Source of the DNA: a virus
Taxonomy: Duplodnaviria; Caudoviricetes
Length of the DNA stretch: 64,000 bases
Direction: 5' to 3' (one strand)
IMG/VR virus record: IMGVR_UViG_3300035696_003004
Coordinates: 1 to 64,000 of that record
Position 1 is the stretch's first letter, and each line of letters opens with the position of its first letter. This document shows, one piece after another, positions 56,165 through 64,000 of the stretch. The notes below the pieces were generated by a model. It did no database searches. It worked only from the letters and a program-made list of their open reading frames with translations, and was not told where the DNA came from. The position numbers and the translations under genes were made by a program.

Positions 56165-57139
56165 ATGGCTGTTTACATTGCACCTAAAAAGTGGCCAGCA
56201 TTAGACGACAACCCGTCGTCCGCAGAAGTCGCTTTAAATTTGCGAAGAGTTTTTAATACATTGAATGACCATGACCAAGCGATTAACACAATGTATGCAA
56301 ACGGGACTACTGTTACCACCGAAACCGTCACAAAACTTATTACTGAGGCGGCTACTTCCTCTTCGTCTTCGCTTAATGTGGTCACATCTTTTAATGGCAG
56401 CAAAGGCGATATTACATTTTTTAATTATTTGGGGACTGTTGACAATCAAGTCGGAGTTACAAGTTATACAACGCAAAGTTCCGATGATGGCGCAATGATT
56501 CTAATCGATGATTCATCGGCTGTGGCTATTACTTTAAATTTTAACGTCTCGGCACCATGGTTTACAACTATCGTCAATTTGGGGACTGGTACAGCTACTC
56601 TTACGCCGTCAAGTGGTACGGTTAATGGTGCGGCTTCGGTAACACTTTATGGCGGAAGCTTTTCTATCGTTTACTTCGATAGTACAAATTTTTGGGCTAG
56701 TTTGCTACCCATTGCTTCGACTAGTCAATTTGGATTAGTGAAGCCAGATAATTCCACAATTACTATATCAAATGGGGTTATATCATCTGTTTCTTCTTCG
56801 TGGTTAGGAGGTACATTATCGATAAGCAATATTACAATTGGTTCCGGTGCAGGAACCGGTGCTACTTATAGCATTGTGGGTACTGATGGCAATCATACAG
56901 TTGCAATTGAAACAGGTACGTCACCAGCAGCTTCCTCTATGCTATTTACAATTACGTTCACAGCATCGAGAGGCCATACGACTTATCCAGTGATTTGGCA
57001 GGCGGGACTAAGTGGATATACATCGCTCGCTCAATCTGTATGGATTAATTCAAGTTCAAGTACATCATATACTATAAACTCTGGATCAACTGCATTAACG
57101 GCAGGTGTTGAATACTATTGGAATGTTGTTTGCCCGTAA
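56165..57139 (+). CDS. tail fibre/needle-like protein
   Basis: S/T-rich; SQFGLVKPDNSTITI repeat typical of fibres. Confidence 0.55.
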   Translation: MAVYIAPKKWPALDDNPSSAEVALNLRRVFNTLNDHDQAINTMYANGTTVTTETVTKLITEAATSSSSSLNVVTSFNGSKGDITFFNYLGTVDNQVGVTSYTTQSSDDGAMILIDDSSAVAITLNFNVSAPWFTTIVNLGTGTATLTPSSGTVNGAASVTLYGGSFSIVYFDSTNFWASLLPIASTSQFGLVKPDNSTITISNGVISSVSSSWLGGTLSISNITIGSGAGTGATYSIVGTDGNHTVAIETGTSPAASSMLFTITFTASRGHTTYPVIWQAGLSGYTSLAQSVWINSSSSTSYTINSGSTALTAGVEYYWNVVCP

Positions 57140-57226
57140 GTATAATTGCATAAATAAGGTCGAAATAGGGCGAATTAGATATGTTGTTATAAATATAAAC
57201 TAGGATTATTCTGTTGATACATTAGT

Positions 57227-57291
57227 GAGCAACATGCCTCCCCAACGGGGAACAAGCAATGGCTCAAAGTCCGAAATGGCTTTGAGCCATT
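57227..57291 (+). ncRNA. repeated two-hairpin leader RNA, copy E
   Basis: follows TTGTTA(57184)-17-TATTCT. Confidence 0.7.
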
Positions 57292-57312
57292 TCTGTTTTG
57301 CGCGAGGGGGAT

Positions 57313-57902
57313 TTATGGGTTTTTGGTCGAGCCTATTTGGTGGTTCAAATCCGACCCTTGGTAGCGACATTAAGGACTTTGGCGCTATCGGAAGTTTCGC
57401 CACAAACTTGGGTGAATCAAATCTTAATAAGTCTAGCAACTTTTGGTCTTCGATTCTAGGTGGTAACCAAGCCCAAATCAGTCAGACACTTGCCCCGGAA
57501 GTTAATGCAATGCAGCAGCAAGGTCAGCAGCAAAAACAGCAACTTGGGCAATTTGGAACGAGATCTGGTGGAACTGCCGCAGCCGCCGCTGGCATCGATA
57601 CAAGCACGCGCGGCAATATCAGCAATATGGTTTCGTCCTTGCTAGGCAGTGCGGCAAGCAATTTGGGAAGTTTGGGGACTAGCAGTTTGGGCATGGGCAT
57701 GCAAGCACTCGGTCAGCAGGCAACGTTATCGCAGGAACAGATGCAAAATTGGTCAAACAGCATTTTGGGACGCAGTATTACTGGTGGAATTGGAGCGGCA
57801 GAATCTTTTGGATTGGGTGCCGCTGGCGGTGCGCTTTCTAACACTGGAGCAGGTCGAGGCGCTATGAGTGGTCTGCAGGGCTATTGGTTGGGCGGTCAAT
57901 AA
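57313..57902 (+). CDS. DNA ejection/pilot protein (putative)
   Basis: MGFWSSLFGG start; G/S/Q/A-rich. Confidence 0.65.
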
Positions 57903-57912
57903 GGAGTGAAAC

Positions 57913-59634
57913 ATGGCAAGCGGCGAAGCATGGCAAAGTGGTTGGAATCTCGGTTCGCAACTTGCGCAGCAGCGCTCTGCCCGAAAGCAGGAAATATCTG
58001 ACGAAGCATTTCAAACTCAATTCGGCGAATTACAGCAAAATATTGGCAATTTGCAGACAAAACTTTCAACGGTTCCTCCTGGAACCCCCGAATACTTAAA
58101 AACGCAGTATGCTCTGCAACAGGCGATCGAAAGCCGGAACGGCCTATTTGCGCAAAAGCCAGGTGCGCTGCAAAAATTTGGCCATTTGCTGCATTTGACG
58201 AAGGGGCCACAGCAGCCAGCGGCTACGACTCCGTTGATTGGACAACAAACAGTGGAAGTTGGTGGCGAAAGGGTTCCAACTGGTCCGGCCTATATGGTTC
58301 AAGGGCCACAGACGCCGGCACAGTTAAAAGCGCGAGCGGAGGCGCAAAGAATGGCGGCAGGGGCACCAGCATATGTTGCTCCACAAACCGCTTGGGAAAA
58401 GTACGTAGCCAATTATCAAGAAGTAATGGGTCGTGAAGCTCAACCGCCCAAGGAAGTAAAGGAAGAGTTTGCGCGGACGGGGAAGGTTACGGAACCGAAG
58501 CCTACGGCTGAAAACTTTAAGACGCAAAGCATTATTTTGTCGGATGGAACGACTGTTACAGCTCAACAAGACACAAAAAGCGGGGACTGGTTTTATTTGA
58601 GCAAAAAGCGGATTCCCGATGAGCTGCTGGATGGAGCCAAAAGTGCGCCTAAAGAATTACAACCAAAGACGGCATGGGCGCGAGACGAAAAAGGAAAGAT
58701 TTATTCGGTCAATTTAGATGCAAGAACACACCAGGAGATTGCGGGTACAAGAAATTACGGTTTGGTGCCGCCAGCATCTTTAACGGGAAGAATTACGACT
58801 GGTTTTTATCACTATGTTGATCCAGCTACTGGACAAGTTTTTCAAGTTCCTGAGACGCATACTTCTGTTCCTGTGGGAGGTGGACGTGGCACCGCAGCTG
58901 CACCTTCCGCGCCGATGGCGGGTACAGCGGCACCAGCGGCTGTTCCTGCTGCTGCGCGTAGTGCTGCCAGTGCGCCGTCTGTGCCAAAAACTCCAGGGGA
59001 AGCGCGTCGTCAAATGCCGCGTCAAGTACCACCTAAAGCTGGTGGTGCTGTGACACCTACCGCTACTCCGTCACGCGCGCCAGGGGCTGCTGGACCAGGC
59101 CGCGTAATTGGATGGAAGGGAACGAAGGATTACATCGATACCAAAACGGCGTACGAGGCATCTGTAGACAGAACAAAAACAATGGACGACAACCTGAGAA
59201 ATGCCTTGCGCGGCGATCAGCAAGCAATGATTTCCCTTGTGGCAAACCATATTGGTATGACGCTAGGAGCGCAAAAAGGCGCTCGCATCAACCAAGCGGT
59301 GTGGAATGAGGCTGTGGAATCCGCTCCGTGGTTGGCACGTGCCGTAGCGCGGTTTGATAATCGTGGCTTGTTGTCGGGCGTAACATTGGCTCCTGAACAG
59401 ATGCGGCAAATGGTCGGATTGGCGCATGAAAAAGTGGATGTACTAAAGCAGCATTTGGATCGGCTAAATGCTGAACGTGGTATTGGTGTGAGAAATCCTG
59501 GTGCTGGCGATGGAACCCCCGGTAAAAAGACGGTGAGTTTGTCGGCGGCGCGCCGATTACCGCAAAATAAGGGAAAGGCAGATGCCCAAATTCGTGCAGA
59601 CATTGAAGCACATGGCTATCTGGTAGGGCCGTAA
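57913..59634 (+). CDS. DNA ejection (internal virion) protein (putative)
   Basis: position and low-complexity helical composition. Confidence 0.55.
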   Translation: MASGEAWQSGWNLGSQLAQQRSARKQEISDEAFQTQFGELQQNIGNLQTKLSTVPPGTPEYLKTQYALQQAIESRNGLFAQKPGALQKFGHLLHLTKGPQQPAATTPLIGQQTVEVGGERVPTGPAYMVQGPQTPAQLKARAEAQRMAAGAPAYVAPQTAWEKYVANYQEVMGREAQPPKEVKEEFARTGKVTEPKPTAENFKTQSIILSDGTTVTAQQDTKSGDWFYLSKKRIPDELLDGAKSAPKELQPKTAWARDEKGKIYSVNLDARTHQEIAGTRNYGLVPPASLTGRITTGFYHYVDPATGQVFQVPETHTSVPVGGGRGTAAAPSAPMAGTAAPAAVPAAARSAASAPSVPKTPGEARRQMPRQVPPKAGGAVTPTATPSRAPGAAGPGRVIGWKGTKDYIDTKTAYEASVDRTKTMDDNLRNALRGDQQAMISLVANHIGMTLGAQKGARINQAVWNEAVESAPWLARAVARFDNRGLLSGVTLAPEQMRQMVGLAHEKVDVLKQHLDRLNAERGIGVRNPGAGDGTPGKKTVSLSAARRLPQNKGKADAQIRADIEAHGYLVGP

Positions 59635-61628
59635 TGGCAAATAAACAACTACAAACCGATCCTTATGCTTCGATTGCTGTGTCTGCTGCAACGGCAGATC
59701 CGTATTCTGAAATTGCATATCCGTCTGAACTGACGGCCAATCCACGTGGTGAAGGCATCTATCAGATGCGAACGCCGCAGGGGCAAGTAATTGGCTTGCC
59801 TTATAGCAATGTGCCCAAACGGCCACAAGGATGGAGTTTTGCTAACCAGACCGAACAGGAACGGTTTAATAAAGATTACGGTGCTGATCCAGCGCGCCAA
59901 ACTGAGGCTGGTCCATCTTTTGCTGCTGCGCCGTCTGGTAAAGAATGGGGCCGGGCGCTGCTTCGCCATCCGTTAAGAGCGACAGCAGCTCTTGCCGTTC
60001 CGAGACAACGGCCGAAGGGGGCAACAACTGGCGAAATGCTAGCCAGTGATGTTGGCAATGTTGCAGCTGGTGCGCTTAGCGTGCCACGGCATCCTGTTCA
60101 AACGGCGCTTGGTGCCTTGGAGGGGATCGGCGGTGTCGTTACTGCACCCGTTGAAGCTGCAATGGGCAAACCAACCATTTTTAGCGAAACGGCCGAACAA
60201 TTTAAAGAAAGTCCAGAAATAGTTCCTTTTGGCCTTGGGCAAGCCATTGCAATGGGCGGACTAGGAAAGAAAGCTGGCACGCTGGGGGGAAAAGGAATTC
60301 AAGCAATTCGTGAAGCGGCTGCAAAAAAATATGGACCGGTAAATGTTCCAATTGCTAAAGAAAAAGTTCCTGTACTAGTAGGAGAAGCACGGCCGGAGAC
60401 CGCAGCGGGAAGAAAGCAAATTGGCTTTAAAAGAATGGGTGTAAGTCCAGCAAAGTTTGAAAAGGTAGCGCAAGCTCAACAAACTGCCGTCAAGAATGTA
60501 ATTCGAAAAACAGCACAGCAGACTTCTGGATTAATTGGGCCAATGGCCGAAGAACCAGGAGAGGCCATGCAGGAAGCTGCTGATGCAACTTTTGCCAAAG
60601 CACGGCCTATGTATGCTGCATTAGATAAGTCTTTGACCACCGTTCCTGATGGTCTTGAAAACGTATCAAAAATTACGCAGCAAGCAATGTCGCGAGCTAA
60701 AAAATTGGGAGTTACTTTTGGCGATGAAAGTGTTGATTTAAGTAAAATTCGACCCGATAAAAATGGATCAATTCAGTGGGGAGGAACACGAATTTCTAAG
60801 GCGACAAATCCGGAACGTTGGAATGCGCTTGTTAAAGATGGAATTATTGACGATTCTGGGCATGGAACACCGATTTCTGCTTATATAAAAGTGCGTTCTC
60901 AACTTTTAAAGATGCAACGCTCGACTGCCGATGCGGCAACTCGAAATGCTATTTCAAACGAGATCCGTACAATGAATGAAGGCATGGAAACGGCACTTAA
61001 AGGTACGCCGCTTTACGAAAATTGGGTGCAAGCTAATCATCTATGGTCTAAAGGGTATGCATTGCGAGACGTAGCGGATGCTTTTAGAAAAGCTACCAAG
61101 GGAACGCCGGCAGCAGAACAAGCACCTGGACTTACACCAGTTCAGACTCGTATTTTGGGCCCCAACTTGGTAAATCGGTTGAACTCCCTTGAACAAGAAG
61201 GCATTCTTGGAAGGGCATTTACTCACGAGGAAATATCTAATCTGCGCCAAGCTGCGGATATTTTGGATCGCGCACGAGCTGCGGCAGGCTCGGGATATAG
61301 TTTTGTTCATGGCTATTCGTTGCGGAGTGTTTTTTGGCGTTCTTTAATTCGCATGCCAGCGATTCCCCTTGTCAATATAATGACTAAAATTGAGGGTGTT
61401 AATGCACTGAAGGCAGCTGAAGCTGCGCGTACTCCAGCCGAGCTTCAAACTGCATTGGTAGCATTAGGCGTTGCGGCTGCTAGCCCATCTGCTACAAAAC
61501 CTCTTGGACAGTTGCGGGAGCAAGCTAAGAAAATGGCACCTGTTGACATGCCAACTGACAATTTCGGGGAAACGCAGACTGAGGCACCAGAAGAAACTGA
61601 AACTGGAGAATCGGAAGTAATGCCGTAA
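59634..61628 (+). CDS. DNA ejection (internal virion) protein (putative)
   Basis: 664 aa, A/G-rich; TAATG coupling to the previous gene. Confidence 0.55.
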   Translation: MANKQLQTDPYASIAVSAATADPYSEIAYPSELTANPRGEGIYQMRTPQGQVIGLPYSNVPKRPQGWSFANQTEQERFNKDYGADPARQTEAGPSFAAAPSGKEWGRALLRHPLRATAALAVPRQRPKGATTGEMLASDVGNVAAGALSVPRHPVQTALGALEGIGGVVTAPVEAAMGKPTIFSETAEQFKESPEIVPFGLGQAIAMGGLGKKAGTLGGKGIQAIREAAAKKYGPVNVPIAKEKVPVLVGEARPETAAGRKQIGFKRMGVSPAKFEKVAQAQQTAVKNVIRKTAQQTSGLIGPMAEEPGEAMQEAADATFAKARPMYAALDKSLTTVPDGLENVSKITQQAMSRAKKLGVTFGDESVDLSKIRPDKNGSIQWGGTRISKATNPERWNALVKDGIIDDSGHGTPISAYIKVRSQLLKMQRSTADAATRNAISNEIRTMNEGMETALKGTPLYENWVQANHLWSKGYALRDVADAFRKATKGTPAAEQAPGLTPVQTRILGPNLVNRLNSLEQEGILGRAFTHEEISNLRQAADILDRARAAAGSGYSFVHGYSLRSVFWRSLIRMPAIPLVNIMTKIEGVNALKAAEAARTPAELQTALVALGVAAASPSATKPLGQLREQAKKMAPVDMPTDNFGETQTEAPEETETGESEVMP

Positions 61629-61674
61629 TGTTTTATGCAACTGCATTCCGTAAAGCGTAAGGAGTTAAATAAAT

Positions 61675-61914
61675 ATGGATTTAATGTTTAGCCTGATTGA
61701 GATCGATGATGGTTTTTTTGTTAATCCGTTTAATGTAACGGTTGTGAAGGCGGCTGATAAAAAACAATGTGTGCTTTATGTATCGGGACAGTCGGCTCTT
61801 GATGGCTTTGTAATTAAAAGATCAGCTTTGGAAGTTGCCACTGACATTGTCGAAGAAATTAGAGAAGTAGACGAATCAGATTCTGAAGAAGAAGAGCCCG
61901 AAACAGATAATTAG
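61675..61914 (+). CDS. small acidic protein
   Basis: RBS AAGGAG; 79 aa. Confidence 0.65.
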   Translation: MDLMFSLIEIDDGFFVNPFNVTVVKAADKKQCVLYVSGQSALDGFVIKRSALEVATDIVEEIREVDESDSEEEEPETDN

Positions 61915-61935
61915 CTGAAAATATTAAGTCATAAT

Positions 61936-62874
61936 ATGGTCCTTATGCAACCAAGCGCTAAAATACTTGCTGCGTTCGAAAGATGTCCTCGCATGGCTTT
62001 TTGGATGCGTTCTTGGCAGCAATACAAAATGGATGACATTCAAATGCTTCAAGCGGGTATACGAATTGGTGTTATGGAAATGGAGCGTAAGGATTGGGGA
62101 CAGGTTGCTGGTGAACAAGTTTATGCGCTCGGCCTCGAACCTGGTTTAGAAACAAATTACTTTAATGTGCATGACCAAGTTGTTCATTTGGCTTCGATTG
62201 CCGACATTGTAACAACGGCTATACGAAAACAACAAGAAAAACCTTGGGGTATACCGCCACCAGTGCTATTGGGAAAGCAAGGGTTGCAATGGAATTCTTC
62301 TGCTTATATTGATCCGTCTGGTTCGCATTTGCGAAGGATTGTTTTAGTATCGAATTGGTCCGATGAACGGCATTACAGCGAAGCGCGATCCTATTTTTCG
62401 TTAGGTGAAGTTTGTGCATATGGTTTGCCAATGCAGCAGGTAGTTATTGTGCTGGGTCAGAACCGAAGTGGAAAGCGACATTCGGCATGGACAAAGGGAT
62501 TTCGGCACCCACGAAATAAGAAACTGCGTTTTCGCAAAAAAAATGATGTCACTGTGCCATTTAATTCAAATTGGGATAAAGTATGGCGAGAGGATTTTAG
62601 CGATATTTCTACGCACGATTGGTTACAAGCAATGTTGGATGATGGCGTTCTTCAAGATCATTGCTTTACGGTTCAAATTGATGTGCCGATCCAGATTACT
62701 CGAAAACATATACTTGATTTAATGATGCGTAAGCTTGAAGCAATTGAAAAATTAAATACACTACCCGATGAACAAATGACCGGCTGTGACTGGCCTTATA
62801 AATGCCAATTTCGTAAGCCGTGTCATTCTGGCGGCGAGCCGAAAGAGGGGGTATTTAGAGTGATTGCGCAATAG
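61936..62874 (+). CDS. Cas4/AddB-like PD-(D/E)XK-fold protein, nuclease motif apparently degenerate
   Basis: N-terminal S..L..FERCPR and C-terminal C-x5-C-x5-C (1+3 Cys Fe-S staple pattern); no clear D/ExK motif. Confidence 0.55.
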   Translation: MVLMQPSAKILAAFERCPRMAFWMRSWQQYKMDDIQMLQAGIRIGVMEMERKDWGQVAGEQVYALGLEPGLETNYFNVHDQVVHLASIADIVTTAIRKQQEKPWGIPPPVLLGKQGLQWNSSAYIDPSGSHLRRIVLVSNWSDERHYSEARSYFSLGEVCAYGLPMQQVVIVLGQNRSGKRHSAWTKGFRHPRNKKLRFRKKNDVTVPFNSNWDKVWREDFSDISTHDWLQAMLDDGVLQDHCFTVQIDVPIQITRKHILDLMMRKLEAIEKLNTLPDEQMTGCDWPYKCQFRKPCHSGGEPKEGVFRVIAQ

Positions 62875-62880
62875 TGCGTT

Positions 62881-63131
62881 GTTGCATCTATTCGATGCAT
62901 TACAAAACCGTTGCTACTCGAGCTGGTGGCTTGGATCTAGCCAAACCACATAGTTGCATCTGTTCGATGCACTACAAAACCGTTGCTACGGAACAACTGC
63001 GACTTGAAAACGAGGCGTTTCTAATTGCATCTGTTCGATGCACTACAAACCGTTGCTACATACTCTTCCGCACGACCAAATCGTAAATGGCCAAGTTGCA
63101 TCTGTTCGATGCACTACAAAACCGTTGCTAC
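62881..63131 (-). CRISPR. CRISPR mini-array, 4 repeats and 3 spacers
   Basis: 37-nt repeat GTAGCAACGGTTTTGTAGTGCATCGAACAGATGCAAC (minus strand) at 62881, 62953, 63024 and 63095; spacers 35/34/35 nt; most diverged repeat at the trailer end. Confidence 0.92.
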
Positions 63132-63307
63132 AACACAATTATAACTATTTTGTTTTGAATGGCCACAAGCTGCTTTCCGCGAACCGCGTAAATTTGTGCT
63201 TTTCAATTGTAACGAGCGGCACAATACTCATTCTATCTCTTTCAAAATCAGCATATTATCCCTTCCGCAAACTTTTTGAAGTTTTACCGAAACTGAAGGT
63301 TCGCGCA
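63132..63307 (-). promoter_or_regulatory. array leader with promoter
   Basis: AT-rich; minus-strand TATAAT ends 6 nt before the first repeat. Confidence 0.6.
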
Positions 63308-63961
63308 TTAGTGCCATTCGCCGCTGGCAACGTCACTGTCGTTAAGAAATTTGTTCTCGTCTTCATTATCTCCCAAGTTGGCGCTGACTGCCGCACCGCG
63401 AGCACGTGAAGCTCGTGGTGGATGAATGACATTTTGAATAGAATTTGGCTGAATAACTGCGGGTAATGGGGAATCGGAAACGATTGCTGCAAGATCAGGC
63501 TGGTTGGCTTCTAAGCGATTTGGTAGATTATCGCTTAACGATGCTATCGCTGTCTGCTGATTCCTAAGTGCCGCAATTGTCTGCTGCAGCGAAGGAATTT
63601 CGGCATTAAGAACCGCCCAAAGATTTGCAGCTTTTGCGCGTTCTTCAATTGCTTTTGCCAACCTTTTTTCGGCCGCGCTTAGGGCAACGCCAAAAACTTT
63701 ATTATTACCCGATTGACGAAGGTGCCTGCGTGTCTTGTTACGTGTAGATACAGACTTATCATTTAATGCCCTACACGACAAAGTTGAACTTTGGAGTATA
63801 TCGCCAATCTTTTTGTTTCTATTAGACCATCTAGCTTTAGCTGCCTTACTTGCTAATTCATGTCGTTGCTCGCTGGTAAGGTTTTTCATTCTTGCGGCAC
63901 CTGCTTGAGCATTTTGACTAATAGATACTGGATTAATTACAGCTTGTTCATTCATAACCAA
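63308..63961 (-). CDS. hypothetical protein with a basic helical motif and coiled coil
   Basis: ARMKNLTSEQRHELASKAAKARW motif; may start outside the window. Confidence 0.6.
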   Translation of the reverse strand: MVMNEQAVINPVSISQNAQAGAARMKNLTSEQRHELASKAAKARWSNRNKKIGDILQSSTLSCRALNDKSVSTRNKTRRHLRQSGNNKVFGVALSAAEKRLAKAIEERAKAANLWAVLNAEIPSLQQTIAALRNQQTAIASLSDNLPNRLEANQPDLAAIVSDSPLPAVIQPNSIQNVIHPPRASRARGAAVSANLGDNEDENKFLNDSDVASGEWH

Positions 63962-64000
63962 TGCCTTTTTAAAACTATCTACGAATGCCAGCGAAAATGC

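Noticed and set aside
33029-57312. Conserved leader peptide (MSGMPPLLGEEAMAQDRNG) suggested by the ORF track
   Set aside because: The frame is not kept across the five copies (early stops in copies C and E, indels), while base pairing is kept; the constraint is on RNA
57913-61628. Large ORFs near the array as Cas12/TnpB effectors
   Set aside because: No RuvC motifs or Zn finger; composition and position fit ejection proteins
62874-63409. ORFs 62874-63086 and 63038-63409, and ORFs across 30239-30999
   Set aside because: They are translations of repeat arrays and leader sequence
1-64000. tRNA, tmRNA or rRNA genes
   Set aside because: No T-loop/cloverleaf pattern seen in intergenic gaps by eye; tRNAscan-SE or ARAGORN would settle it

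Overview
The whole window reads as one temperate tailed-phage genome segment with a podovirus-like virion module and no host genes. An Acidobacteriota host is a weak inference. Order: ERF/exonuclease recombination module, Xis-like HTH, attP-like arm repeats, P4-type tyrosine integrase, AlpA, C5 methyltransferase with an overlapping second frame, DUF1376 initiator, primase-helicase, N4/N6 methyltransferase, many accessory ORFs and SSB (1-21.6 kb). Then a mostly leftward cassette of small genes with a DinJ-YafQ toxin-antitoxin pair (21.7-28.2 kb), a 1.4 kb repeat-rich non-coding region, and terminase, portal, capsid, tail, lysis and ejection genes (31-61.6 kb). Three non-coding systems stand out. 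(1) Two related cas-less CRISPR-like arrays: a canonical 4-repeat mini-array with a leader beside a Cas4-like protein (62.9 kb), and a 12-unit array whose repeats diverge in sequence but keep the stem-loop-AC fold, at the end of a palindrome/ORF/HTH operon (30.3 kb). (2) A two-hairpin leader RNA repeated five times, four of them at a fixed distance from sigma70-like promoters, usually followed by tiny Lys/Arg-rich ORFs. (3) A 15-bp palindrome present four times, two copies flanking the TA module. Family calls come from motif recognition by eye; no searches were run.
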